DNA from: an uncultured bacterium
Lineage (GTDB): Bacteria; Planctomycetota; UBA1135; GCA-002686595
Direction of reading: 5' to 3'
Assembly (NCBI GenBank): GCA_943787795.1
Contig: CALSNU010000001.1
Coordinates: 1,248,001 to 1,312,000 of the forward strand
DNA: 64,000 nucleotides
Positions 7,778 to 17,707 of this stretch are shown piece by piece (within the stretch, counting starts at the first letter, position 1; the number at the start of each line of letters is the position of its first letter). Both the position numbers and the translations under genes were made by a program. The notes under the pieces are model-generated. The model had not been told where the DNA came from. It did not search any database and saw only the letters and a program-made list of their open reading frames with translations.

Positions 7778-9883
7778 ATGCCTGACTCGCCTCGAAACTG
7801 CCCCCGTACCGGAGCCCGATCGACCTCATGCCTGGCGGCAGTCTCGCTGGTCTTCCTGGCGGCCGCATGCTCATCGGGAGGGGGAGAGGTGCCGGTGGCG
7901 CCGGTGGAGGCGGATACCAGCCCGTTCCCCAAGCTGGAGCAAGGGCTGAATCTCCGTCCGGTGACACGGGTGAATCAGGCGGCGCTGACGCTCGAGGGCA
8001 TCAACGGCGGCGTCTTCGACCTGACGGGGGTCGAGCTTCGCGGTCAAGATGCCGGCGCACGGATCGACACGGCGCTCGGCTACGGCATCCGGATCCGGCG
8101 CTGCAATGGAATCACGATCCGTGGCGGGTTGGTCGGAGGATACAAGGGCTGCATCGTGATCGAGGACTCGAGCGATGTGACCGTCGAGGGGGTGCGCTTT
8201 GACGGCTGGTACGCGCAGCGGTTGAAGTCGACGGAGTTCGCCGAGGACTCATCGGACTGGCTCGCCCCGCATGAAAACGACCAGGGGGAGTGGCTCCAGA
8301 ACTACGGGGCCGCGATCTCGGCCACGAACTGCCGGGGGCTGGAGATTCGCGGCTGCCGCGGGCGGCGTGGCCAGAACGGCATCCTGCTCACGCGTAGCGA
8401 CGAGTGCCAGGTGTACGACAACGACTTCTCCTTCCTCTCCGGGTGGGGGCTCGGGATGTACCGCTCTTCGGAGAGCGTCGTCTCGCACAACATCTTCGAC
8501 TACTGCGTGCGCGGTTACAGCCACGGTTCGTACTGGCGCGGGCAAGACTCCGCCGGGATCCTCATGTTCGAGGGTTGCTCGAGGAACCTCGTCGTCCGGA
8601 ACAGCGCCACCCACTGCGGCGACGGCCTCTTCGTGTACGCCGGGCAGGACCTGGTCCAGGACGCGTCCGCCACAGCTACGGGCTGCGACCAGAACACCTT
8701 CGCCGAGAACGACCTGCGCTTCGCGGTGGCCAACTCGGTGGAGATCACCTTCAGCGACCAGAACGCGGTGCTGCGGAACGATCTGCGGGGCGCCCACCAG
8801 CACGGCGTCTGGGGCGGGTACTCCTCGCGCATGATCATCCTCGGGAACCGTATCGACGAGGTGATCGGTGGCGGCGTCACCATCGAGCACGGTCAGAACT
8901 GCCTCATCGCAGACAACTCGATCGCGCGCAATGAGATCGGGATCGAGCTCTACTGGGATGAGGACCCCGAGTTCGTGCGCGGCCCCTATGCGAAGATCCG
9001 TGACGTTCGCTCCCGGGATCACTTCGTGCTGGAGAACAAGTTCTCGGGCAACGTCGTGGACCTGGCCCTGCGGCGCTCGACGGGGCTCACCTTCCACGCG
9101 AATGAGTATGTACCGGGAACCCGTGCGCCGTACATCGCTGACCTGAGGTGCGAGGGGGACGCGAGCTTCGAGCAGGACACCGTGAAGCGCTGGCTGGACG
9201 CTCCGCTGGGGGCGATCCCCTCGGGGAACGTGAGTGATGTGAGCATGCGGCCCTGGGTCGGGGTTCCGCCGGCGATGCTGGCGGTCTGGAGGGGCTATCG
9301 CCTGCCGGATGTCCCGGGTTCGCAGGTGGTCCGCGCCGAGGACAGGGACGAGTTCCGCGGCGGTCTGGAGACGATCGTCCTCGGCGAGTGGGGCCCCTGG
9401 GACTTCCGCTCCGGGACCAAGCGCCCGCCGCGGCAGAAGCCCGGCGGCGTCCTCGCGGACTGCCTCTGGGACGCTGAGTGGTTCCAGTGGGACCTGGAGA
9501 GCAGCGACCCTCGGACCCTGGAGGGCGCCTGGCGTCAGCGCGCCATGAGGCCGGAGGTCACCGCGCGGGTGTCCACGTTCACCGACCCCTGGTCCAGCAA
9601 GGAGGTGCGCCGTGTGATCGGGACCGAGTTCTTCGGGCTCATCGCGAGCACGACCTTTCAATGCGACCGGAGCGACAAGGCGAGCTACGCCCTCACGGTG
9701 AACTCGGACGACGGCGTGAGGGTCCTTGTCGACGGCGAGCCGGTCCTCGAAGACTGGACGCTCCACGCGCCGCGGCGCGAGGAGCAGGTCCTCGAGTTGG
9801 AGCCAGGCGAGCACACCCTCCGCATCGAGTACTTCCAGATCCAGGGAGCCGCCGCGCTCTCGGTCGATCTGTCGGCTCGCTGA
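7778..9883 (+). CDS. Lipoprotein with right-handed parallel beta-helix (NosD/pectin-lyase-like) repeats and C-terminal PA14 domain
   Basis: Lipobox LAAAC. Repeated G-I-x-I/L...N-x-F/I patterns. C-terminal SDDGVRVLVDG..VLEDW..H..LEPGEHTLRIEYFQ is typical of PA14. Confidence 0.85.
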   Translation: MPDSPRNCPRTGARSTSCLAAVSLVFLAAACSSGGGEVPVAPVEADTSPFPKLEQGLNLRPVTRVNQAALTLEGINGGVFDLTGVELRGQDAGARIDTALGYGIRIRRCNGITIRGGLVGGYKGCIVIEDSSDVTVEGVRFDGWYAQRLKSTEFAEDSSDWLAPHENDQGEWLQNYGAAISATNCRGLEIRGCRGRRGQNGILLTRSDECQVYDNDFSFLSGWGLGMYRSSESVVSHNIFDYCVRGYSHGSYWRGQDSAGILMFEGCSRNLVVRNSATHCGDGLFVYAGQDLVQDASATATGCDQNTFAENDLRFAVANSVEITFSDQNAVLRNDLRGAHQHGVWGGYSSRMIILGNRIDEVIGGGVTIEHGQNCLIADNSIARNEIGIELYWDEDPEFVRGPYAKIRDVRSRDHFVLENKFSGNVVDLALRRSTGLTFHANEYVPGTRAPYIADLRCEGDASFEQDTVKRWLDAPLGAIPSGNVSDVSMRPWVGVPPAMLAVWRGYRLPDVPGSQVVRAEDRDEFRGGLETIVLGEWGPWDFRSGTKRPPRQKPGGVLADCLWDAEWFQWDLESSDPRTLEGAWRQRAMRPEVTARVSTFTDPWSSKEVRRVIGTEFFGLIASTTFQCDRSDKASYALTVNSDDGVRVLVDGEPVLEDWTLHAPRREEQVLELEPGEHTLRIEYFQIQGAAALSVDLSAR

Positions 9884-10014
9884 AGTGACCGTCCCGGGGC
9901 TGGGCCGAGAGGCCTACCCGAACCCGATAGCCACACCCTCCGGGGACGGAGATCCACACCCGCTCGGCGCTGCCTGGGCGGATCTCGGGGGCTCTGGAGA
10001 GGCCATCGCGGGGA

Positions 10015-10082
10015 CGACACCTCGCGAGGGCGGCACTGCGCGGGGGCCGGCCCTGCGCGGGGGGCGACACTGCGCGGGGGCG
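10015..10082. repeat. Degenerate 17-bp tandem repeat, 3 clear copies plus 1 degenerate, G-tract rich
   Basis: GGCACTGCGCGGGGGCC 10032, GGCCCTGCGCGGGGGGC 10049, GACACTGCGCGGGGGCG 10066, in a convergent intergenic region. Confidence 0.75.
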
Positions 10083-10235
10083 GGATCGACCCGATGGGGC
10101 TCGGCCGCCTGAAGGAGGAGGACAGACTCACAAACGCGAACGGTCTGTGCCGCCCCTTGCTCGGGGCCGTCAGCGTGCGGAGTCGTCAGGGCGCGCACGG
10201 AGGCAGAGCACGGAGGGGGGCAGAGCGCGGAGGGA

Positions 10236-11621
10236 TCAGTCGTCGAGGTGGAAGGCGTCCGCATAGCGGGTCTCCATCATCCCTCGGAAGTCCCGGCGCG
10301 TGGAGAGCGACTGGAGCTCCTTGAGGGAGATCGGAGCGTCCTCGAGGTACTGCTTGGCCTCTCGGTACTTCTTCTGCCGCGCGAGGGTCTGCGCGATCCC
10401 GATGAAGAGCTCCTTGTTCCTGTTTCTCGACGAGCCCTTTGAGGCCTCGATGGCGCGCCTCCATTCCTTGACCGAAGCGCTGTAGTCGCCGATGTCGTGC
10501 AGCAGTTGTGCGCGCTCGGTCGCCTTCTGCACGATGAAGTAGGGCAGCTGTTCATCGGGCTCACCGATCTGCTCGAGCAGAGCCTTGCGCGCGCCCCGGT
10601 CCTTCATCCGTGCCAGCAGCATCAGTGCCGCCGTGCGCACGTCGGAGCGGGCGAAGTTGGTGTAGTCGTCGATCTTCCGCTTGACCCGGGTCCCAACCTT
10701 GGCGTCGGTGGACCTGAGCAGATCAAACAGCTCCACGCGTGCCTCCGAGGAGGTCTCGGGGTCGACGGCGACGCCACCGAGCGCGCGAGAGTGATCGAGC
10801 TCGTCCATCAGCTCGCTATTGCGGTCGTAGAAGGCTGCGAGCTCCGGGGCGAGGCCGGGGGCAGCCGGGGTCGAGAGGAGCTGGAGGACGACGCCGGCCG
10901 AGGTCTCCACGGGCGCGGCGCTCAGGCCAGCGAGGGCTGCGGCGGCCACGGCAGGGTTGCTGTCGGAGACCTTGCCCTTGATGAACTCGATGCCCTCCTG
11001 GGTGCCCAGGGTGGCGAGGGTCAGGAAGGCCGCCTCCTGAACGGCGGCGCCGAGCTCCGCGGACGCTCCGATGCTCCCGCCGCCCGCGGCAATGCGCTGG
11101 AGGGGTCGCGTCACTCGACGGGGCTCGGGCGTCCCGGCCAGGGCGGTCAAGGCGTTGATTCGGGCGAGCGGGGTCCCCTCCCGAGCCATGCGCAGGAGCT
11201 CGTCGGTGACGGCCGCGCTGGAGAGGTCGGCCACGACCTCGGCGATGAGCTCGGCCCGGAAGATCGACGCCCTCCTGGGCTTCTCTCCGGGCTCCAGATA
11301 GCGAAGCATGAGCGGCGCGGCGTCGCCGCCGAGCTCTCGTAGCGCTCGCTGGCGGGCTACGGTTCGAGAAGACCTCGTGGGGATCTTGAGTCCGTCGAGC
11401 TCGTCCGCCAGGCGGGCGACCTCTGGCTTGAGTGCGTCCAGACTCCGCGCCCGCGCCTCCTCGGCCTGCCTCAGGAGCTCCTCGAGGCTCTGGCGGCCCT
11501 CCTGAGCGCTGGTCAGGGGGGCCGAGGGACCGACGACCTTGGCTGGGGAGACGGGCGTCGCCGGGAGGGCCGGGGCGGCCAGGAACACGGCGAGCAGGGC
11601 GGAGCTGGGGCGGATGTGCAT
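10236..11621 (-). CDS. Secreted HEAT/ARM-repeat protein with C-terminal TPR
   Basis: Signal-like MHIRPSSALLAVFLAAPALP. HEAT-like ARINALTALA and DVRTAALMLLA. TPR-like AQLLHDIGDYSASVKEWRRAIE. Confidence 0.75.
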   Translation of the reverse strand: MHIRPSSALLAVFLAAPALPATPVSPAKVVGPSAPLTSAQEGRQSLEELLRQAEEARARSLDALKPEVARLADELDGLKIPTRSSRTVARQRALRELGGDAAPLMLRYLEPGEKPRRASIFRAELIAEVVADLSSAAVTDELLRMAREGTPLARINALTALAGTPEPRRVTRPLQRIAAGGGSIGASAELGAAVQEAAFLTLATLGTQEGIEFIKGKVSDSNPAVAAAALAGLSAAPVETSAGVVLQLLSTPAAPGLAPELAAFYDRNSELMDELDHSRALGGVAVDPETSSEARVELFDLLRSTDAKVGTRVKRKIDDYTNFARSDVRTAALMLLARMKDRGARKALLEQIGEPDEQLPYFIVQKATERAQLLHDIGDYSASVKEWRRAIEASKGSSRNRNKELFIGIAQTLARQKKYREAKQYLEDAPISLKELQSLSTRRDFRGMMETRYADAFHLDD

Positions 11622-11988
11622 GGGCAGGATCGGCGCCCGGGAATGCGGCGCCGTCGCGTCCAGAGTACCTCCGGAGGCTCCTGGGGTCACCGGTTGTGGA
11701 GAGAGCCCGGTGCGGTCTTGCGACCCATAGGGGCCAGGATCACATCTGGGCCGCTGGCTTCATGGCGCCGAGCCGAGGTTCCTGGCGCCATCGCCGTGGG
11801 GGAATCCGCGCTGCTGCCGCCCTCTGGACCGGGACTCGGCGGTGTCCCATAGATGGACCGGAGCTGGTCGAGGTGTCGGAAGACCCAGGCTTGCATGATG
11901 GTTTCGGAGCGTTCGCCCCTCACTTCTCCCCATCGGCAGGGGTGCCCCCGTGCCTTGCCCGCTCCCTCTGGATAACCTCTCGCCTCCC

Positions 11989-13896
11989 ATGTCCCACGCG
12001 CCGCCCGAGCCCAGCCCCTCCCGGCACCCGTTCCCTGCACCGGATCCCTCGCTCCCGCGGGACGCGGATGTGGTGGTGGTGGGGGGCGGACACGCCGGCG
12101 TCGAGGCCGCCCTCGCCGCCGCGAGGCTCGGGGCGGAGGTTCGCCTCGTGAGCTTCGACCTCGAGAAGGTGGGGGAGATGAGCTGCAACCCGGCCATCGG
12201 AGGGCTCGGCAAGGGGCAGATGGTCCGGGAGATCGACGCCTTGGGCGGCGCCATGGGGCAGGTCGCAGACGCCACGGGGATCCAATTCCGGATGCTCAAC
12301 ACGGCCAAGGGCGCCGCCGTACAGGCCCCTCGCTGCCAGTCAGACCGCCACCGCTATCGGGAGGAGGCGACCCGCTGGGTGGCAGAGGCTGACGGCGTCC
12401 AGCTCGTGGAGGGCGCGGTCACGGGCCTCATCCTCGAGGAGATCGGCGGCGTGCTCGGCGTGCGGGGGGTCCGGCTCGAGGACGGCGTGGAGCTGCGGGC
12501 GCACGCGACCATCCTGACCACGGGCACCTTCCTCCGGGCCATCATGCACACGGGCGAGCGCAAGGCCAGCGGCGGCCGCGTCGGGGAGCGCAGCGCGGAC
12601 GGCCTCTCCGGGGACGTCGAGCGGCTTGGCCTCCGCCTGGGGCGCCTCAAGACCGGAACGCCACCGCGGATCGACCGTCGCACGGTGGACTTCAGTGTCA
12701 TGGAGGCGCAGCCAGGGGACGCTCTCAGGCGGCCCTTTTCGTTCCTCACGGATCCTGAGGCCTTCCCCACGCTGCCGCAGGTGGACTGCCACATCACGTT
12801 CACGAACGAGCGTACGCACCGCATCATCGCGGACAACGTGCACCGAGCGCCGATGTACAACGGCTCCATCGGGGGCGTGGGCCCGAGGTACTGCCCCGCG
12901 GTCGAGGACAAGATCATGCGCTTCCCCGACCGGGGGCGGCACCAGATCTTCGTCGAGCCAGAGGGGCTGGACACCGACGTGCTCTACATCAACGGGCTCT
13001 CCACGTCCCTCCCCGCGGAGGTACAGGAGGACTTCCTGCGCACGGTCCCCGGTCTCGAGCGTGCGAAGTTCCTCAGGCACGGCTATGCGGTCGAATACGA
13101 CTTCGTCCAGCCCAGCCAGCTGGCGGATTCGCTCCAGCTTCAGGAGGTCCCCGGCCTCTTCCTCGCGGGTCAGATCAACGGCACCTCTGGCTACGAGGAG
13201 GCCGCGGGGCAGGGGCTGATCGCGGGGGCCAACGCCGCGCTCTGGATTCAGGACCGTGCGCCCTTCGTCCTCCACAGGCACGAGGCCTACCTCGGCGTGA
13301 TGGTGGACGACCTGGTGATCACCAACCCCAAGGAGCCCTACCGGATGTTCTCCAGCCGGGCCGAGTATCGGTTGCTCCTGCGGCATGACAACGCAGATCG
13401 GCGCCTCGTGGCTCGTGCGGCGGAGGTCGGCCTCGTGGGAAAGGAGCGCGCGGAGTGCGTCTCGGCCAAGGAGCGCGCCATCGAGTCTGTGATCCGGACG
13501 CTCGGGCGCGCGCGCGACCCGGAGAACAAGCCCTGGCTCGAGGTGCTGCGCCGGCCTGAGGAGAGCTTCGATTCGGTGGCCGCGGCGGCCGGCATCCCCG
13601 AGCTGGACGGCCTCTCGGTCGAATGCCGCGAGGCGGTCGAGATTGACATCAAGTACGAGGGCTATATCGCTCGCCAGGCTGGCGATGTGGCTCGGATGTC
13701 GCGGCAAGAGTCCACGGAGATCCCAAGGGACCTCGACTACAGCCAGCTGGACGGCCTCGGGAACGAGGCGCGGGAGAAGCTCCTGGACCTGCGTCCGCGG
13801 ACGCTCGGCGCTGCGAGCCGGATCGAGGGGATCCGGCCGCCGGACGTGGCGCTGATCGGGATCCACGTGGCGCGGCTGCGAGCCTCCTCTCGCTGA
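11989..13896 (+). CDS. mnmG: tRNA uridine-5-carboxymethylaminomethyl(34) synthesis enzyme
   Basis: VVVGGGHAGVEAA, MSCNPAIGGLGKG, RLKTGTPPR, GPRYCP, AGQINGTSGYEEAAGQG, EPYRMFSSRAEYRLLLR. Confidence 0.97.
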   Translation: MSHAPPEPSPSRHPFPAPDPSLPRDADVVVVGGGHAGVEAALAAARLGAEVRLVSFDLEKVGEMSCNPAIGGLGKGQMVREIDALGGAMGQVADATGIQFRMLNTAKGAAVQAPRCQSDRHRYREEATRWVAEADGVQLVEGAVTGLILEEIGGVLGVRGVRLEDGVELRAHATILTTGTFLRAIMHTGERKASGGRVGERSADGLSGDVERLGLRLGRLKTGTPPRIDRRTVDFSVMEAQPGDALRRPFSFLTDPEAFPTLPQVDCHITFTNERTHRIIADNVHRAPMYNGSIGGVGPRYCPAVEDKIMRFPDRGRHQIFVEPEGLDTDVLYINGLSTSLPAEVQEDFLRTVPGLERAKFLRHGYAVEYDFVQPSQLADSLQLQEVPGLFLAGQINGTSGYEEAAGQGLIAGANAALWIQDRAPFVLHRHEAYLGVMVDDLVITNPKEPYRMFSSRAEYRLLLRHDNADRRLVARAAEVGLVGKERAECVSAKERAIESVIRTLGRARDPENKPWLEVLRRPEESFDSVAAAAGIPELDGLSVECREAVEIDIKYEGYIARQAGDVARMSRQESTEIPRDLDYSQLDGLGNEAREKLLDLRPRTLGAASRIEGIRPPDVALIGIHVARLRASSR

Positions 13897-14036
13897 CCCT
13901 GCGGCTTGCGGCGCAGCGGCCGGACGTTCACCTGTCGAGCTCCAGGCTTTCCGGGCGCTCCGTGTGGGCTCCTATCCTCCAGAACCCAGGTCCAGCCTTG
14001 TCCCTGACAGTGGAGCGGAGGCGGCCGGAGCAGCGA

Positions 14037-14080
14037 TCAAAGAATGCGCCCCGCGCCGACAGGGAGTCGGCGCGGGGCGC
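14037..14080 (-). terminator. Intrinsic terminator of the minus-strand gene 14101..16254
   Basis: Perfect 15-bp stem GCGCCCCGCGCCGAC 14046-14060 / GTCGGCGCGGGGCGC 14066-14080 with a 5-nt loop, followed on the minus strand by ATTCTTTGA. Confidence 0.8.
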
Positions 14081-14100
14081 GTCTAGGCGACCGTCTCAGA

Positions 14101-16254
14101 TCACTGGAACAGGATCTCGACGGCGTTCGTGAAGGTCGCCGTGGCGGTCCCTCCGATCGTGTCGCGGTTGATGGCCTGGAAGTTCCAGGTGTCACCGGCC
14201 ATCACCTGCACGGCCCCGCTGGGCTGGGGCAGGTTGAGCGACGTGGTGACCGACATCGATCCCGTCGCTCCGGAGTTGAGGATGCCGCCGCCGACGCCGC
14301 GACCAACGTCACCGCCGATGCAGACGAAGCCGCCGAAGGCCGGAAGCATCGCCTGCGTCTGACCGCAGATGAAGTAGCCGAAGGAGTCCGCCGGCAGGTT
14401 CGTCGCCGTGAGGGTGATGCAGTCATCACCCGCCACGTCGCTACCCGACGCAGAGAGCGTGCTGATGCCACCGGTGGAGTTCAGGGGCTGGGGGCAGTAC
14501 TCGTTGCCGATGGTCAGCTGACGCATGATCCAGCCGTTCCAGATCCGCGGCGAGAAGAGCCCCGCACCGAAGGCGCTCGGGTTCGACTCCCCAAGGCTGA
14601 GCGAGATGACGCCGTCGGGCGACGTCGTCGTCTCGTTCGTGCCGTTACCGTTCGTGTACACGACACCCGTGGTGACGAACTCGATGGCGATACCGGTGAA
14701 GCCAGCGGCGAAGGTCATCGGCGCGTCAGGCACCAGAACCGTTGCCACACCGGGCGCGTTCGCGATACCGCTGGCGGTACCGAGCAGCGTCCATCCAGCC
14801 GGGTCGTTCTGGTTGCCAGTACGGCCGGCCGGGTTCGTGTAGACGTTGACCAGCACGGGGTCCCCGACGTTGGTGAACTGGACGTTGGCCCCGAGGGTTG
14901 CCACGGGGCAGTCCTGGGTGAACGTCCCGTCGAAGTAGACGGTTCCGCCCACGTTGAGGCCGTTGCCGCCTTCGAAGGTGGTGATGGCGGTGGCATCGAA
15001 GTTGAGGCCCGTGTTGTCGATGTCGACCAGGACCGTGCCCGTGCTGCCGTTGAAGCCGCCCACGCGGAAGGTGTAGGTCTCGCCAGCGATGCCACAGTAA
15101 GTGACGCCGCTCTGGAGACCGCAGAAGTCATCGTTGCACTCCAGAAGGTTCAGCGCGCCGCAGTCGCCCGAGAAGAGCTCCATGGCGGTGTCGTAGTCAC
15201 TGCCGCAGAGGGAGATCGTGAAGTTTCCGTTAACGGCGGGCGTGTACGTGAACCAGACGTCCGGGGCACCGCCGCCACCGCAGGCGAAGGGGTCCACCAG
15301 CGAGGCACCACCGGTGAGGAACGGGCCGCTGGTGCCTTCGGCGAGAGCGATGGCGTCACTGCATTCGTCGTTGGGCGGGGTCGGGTCGGGGGCGGAGATC
15401 GTGAGATCGAAGGCGCCTTGATCACCGGCACCCCAGCCCTCGACCTGGATCAGGTAGGAGGTTCCCGCAGTGAGGAAGGGGCTGATGCGGGACGCATAGT
15501 TGTTGGTTCCGAAGGACAGCTCGCACGCGTCGTCGTTGCCTTCGAGGCAGGTCAGCGACGCGCAATCGGGGCCCTCAAAGAGTCGAAGGACGGTGTCGAA
15601 GTCTGACCCGCAGGTCTCGAACGTGGTGTTGCCCGAGGCCGCGGCCGTGTAGACGAACCAGATATCTCCATCGCCGTCCTGGCTGGCGCAGCTCCCGTCG
15701 TAGAAGCCGGAGTCGGTGTAGCCGGTCGTGTCGAACGGCGTGATCCCATCGGCGACAGCGATCGCGTCGCTGCAGTCTTCGCCGAGGGACTGGCTGATGT
15801 CGAGGATGCCGACGCCTTGCTGTCCGGAGCCCCAGCCCTCAACGTGAATGAAGTACTGCTGACCGACGACCACGGGAACCTGGACCTCGGAGGCAAAGTT
15901 CGAGCCCGTGGAGGTCTGGCAGGCGTCGTCGTTTCCTGCGAGGCAGGTGAGCGTCGCGCAGTCGGGGCCTTCGAGGACACGGAGGACGGTGTCGAAGTCG
16001 GACCCGCAGGTGTTCACCGTGGCGATACCCGTCTGGGCGGCGGTGTAGACAAACCAGATGTCCTCGAAGCCGTCGCGGCTTTCGCAGGACGGGTCGTGGA
16101 AGCCCGAGTTCGTGTTGCCGGTCGAGTCGAAGGCGTTCGCACCGAGACCGACGACGAGCGCATCGGCGCAAGTGTCGCCATTGAGGCCGACGCCGGGCGC
16201 AGCGGCCGCGGTTGCGGCCAGGCTAAAGGAGAGCGCAATTGAGGTGAGTGTCAT
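14101..16254 (-). CDS. Secreted Cys-rich protein with three ~125-aa repeats and conserved C-terminal domain
   Basis: Signal peptide MTLTSIALSFSLAATAAA. Three modules with D.C.DA, D(I/V)WF.YT, CGSD(F/Y)DT, C...L.....NDD.C. C-terminal domain shared with 1871..3652. Confidence 0.88.
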   Translation of the reverse strand: MTLTSIALSFSLAATAAAAPGVGLNGDTCADALVVGLGANAFDSTGNTNSGFHDPSCESRDGFEDIWFVYTAAQTGIATVNTCGSDFDTVLRVLEGPDCATLTCLAGNDDACQTSTGSNFASEVQVPVVVGQQYFIHVEGWGSGQQGVGILDISQSLGEDCSDAIAVADGITPFDTTGYTDSGFYDGSCASQDGDGDIWFVYTAAASGNTTFETCGSDFDTVLRLFEGPDCASLTCLEGNDDACELSFGTNNYASRISPFLTAGTSYLIQVEGWGAGDQGAFDLTISAPDPTPPNDECSDAIALAEGTSGPFLTGGASLVDPFACGGGGAPDVWFTYTPAVNGNFTISLCGSDYDTAMELFSGDCGALNLLECNDDFCGLQSGVTYCGIAGETYTFRVGGFNGSTGTVLVDIDNTGLNFDATAITTFEGGNGLNVGGTVYFDGTFTQDCPVATLGANVQFTNVGDPVLVNVYTNPAGRTGNQNDPAGWTLLGTASGIANAPGVATVLVPDAPMTFAAGFTGIAIEFVTTGVVYTNGNGTNETTTSPDGVISLSLGESNPSAFGAGLFSPRIWNGWIMRQLTIGNEYCPQPLNSTGGISTLSASGSDVAGDDCITLTATNLPADSFGYFICGQTQAMLPAFGGFVCIGGDVGRGVGGGILNSGATGSMSVTTSLNLPQPSGAVQVMAGDTWNFQAINRDTIGGTATATFTNAVEILFQ

Positions 16255-16774
16255 AGCGGGGAAAGGAAGATGAACGGAAGGCAGTGAACGGCCCCACAAA
16301 GGCGCCGCCTTACTCCCGAAAGCAGGAGTGCCTATTGAGGGTATCACTTAAAATTCCGATTCGGATGGCTTCAGTCTGATGCCGAGCGTCGCGGACGGTC
16401 TTGATCTGAGAATCTCCAGCTGTGGGCCTGGATCAGCCGCGTCTATCGAGCCGCGCAGGGGAATCGAGGCCACTGCCCAGTGACCTCGCTGCATGGTCCC
16501 ATTCTGGGGGCATTTTCTAGTTTCTCTTGGGGGGCTCGTTCAGCCGCTCCGGGACTGCGAGAGTCCGATGCCAGAGTTCGGGAAGGGCCGTTGGTCTGCG
16601 GCCCTGTGCGCGACGCAGCGCCCAGGAGCGTCGCCCGGGACTTCGCGGCAGCTCGCCTTGGTTCGCTGCAGGGGTCGCGAAAGGGATCGCCACGAGCACC
16701 ACAGGGGTGCCAAGAGGGGTCGACGCCCTGGGGAGCCAGGGAGCGCCTGCCGAGCGACGAGCCCGTACGCCCCT

Positions 16775-17602
16775 CTAGCCGTCGCGCTCGGACATCGGCT
16801 TGGGCCCGGCGGCCGACGCGGCGGCCGACGCGGCGGCCGACGCGGGCTTGGCGGGGGCCTCGAAGGCCTCCACGGAGTCGGCCTTCATCGTGTACACGCC
16901 CGTGGCGAAGCCGAACTCGTCCTCGAGCCGACCCACCACCAGCTCGCCGCGTACCACGACCGGGACATAGGGGAACAGCTTCGCTACAGCGTCGCCCCGC
17001 ATCTCGACGTACACCCACTCGTCGGGGCGCGGCATCCCTCCGAAGCAGCACGACATGAGGTCCCTGACCAGCATGAAGATGACGATGTCGTCGCTCTTCG
17101 GCTTGTACTCCAGAGGGATCATGTAGCCGACCATCGCCCGCTCGTTCCCCGCCTTCGCCTTCACGGGCTCTGGGAACTCGAAGGAGCGCGCCCGATCGGT
17201 CTCGGGCTTGTAGAGATAGTCCAGGAGTGCGTCGAGGTCCACGCTCACCAGGGAGAGGTCTCCAAAGGTGACCAGGCCGTCAATGGCTCCCGCGGCGACT
17301 TGACCGGGGTCGGCGAGCAGCTCCTTGGCGAGGTTCGGGTTGATGGCGCCGACCTCCATGCTGCCGCTGGGGCTCCCGCCTGGCGCGGCGAGGGTTCCCT
17401 CGATCACCTCCGCGGTGGAGGGTGCCCCGTTGGAGGGGGCCTCGCCGTCGTCGAGGAAGGACCGACCCCGCACCTCGCCGGACTCTGCGTCGTCCACCAC
17501 GTAGATCTTCGTGCCGCCGTTCACCTTCTCGGGTGAACCGCATCCGCAGGCGGAGGTCATCGCGATGGCGGCGAGGAGGCTGAGCTTGATGGAGTGACGC
17601 AT
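16775..17602 (-). CDS. DUF3299-like lipoprotein
   Basis: Lipoprotein-like signal ending TSACGC. GYMIPLE...FMLV...SCCFGGMPRPDEWVYV...V.VRGEL...GVYTM matches my recollection of DUF3299. C-terminal (ASAA)3 is encoded by a 12-bp repeat near 16809-16845. Confidence 0.7.
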   Translation of the reverse strand: MRHSIKLSLLAAIAMTSACGCGSPEKVNGGTKIYVVDDAESGEVRGRSFLDDGEAPSNGAPSTAEVIEGTLAAPGGSPSGSMEVGAINPNLAKELLADPGQVAAGAIDGLVTFGDLSLVSVDLDALLDYLYKPETDRARSFEFPEPVKAKAGNERAMVGYMIPLEYKPKSDDIVIFMLVRDLMSCCFGGMPRPDEWVYVEMRGDAVAKLFPYVPVVVRGELVVGRLEDEFGFATGVYTMKADSVEAFEAPAKPASAAASAAASAAGPKPMSERDG

Positions 17603-17707
17603 GGCTTTGTGGTCAAGGGCCGCTGGGGGATACGGCGCCCTGCCCTGAGAGTTTGGGCCTCTATCGCAGGGTGTGCGAGCGCGGACTCGGTGAGATTCGT
17701 GTGATGG

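Noticed and set aside
16809..16845. 12-bp repeat x3
   Set aside because: Encodes a low-complexity (ASAA)3 tail of the DUF3299-like protein; not an independent element.
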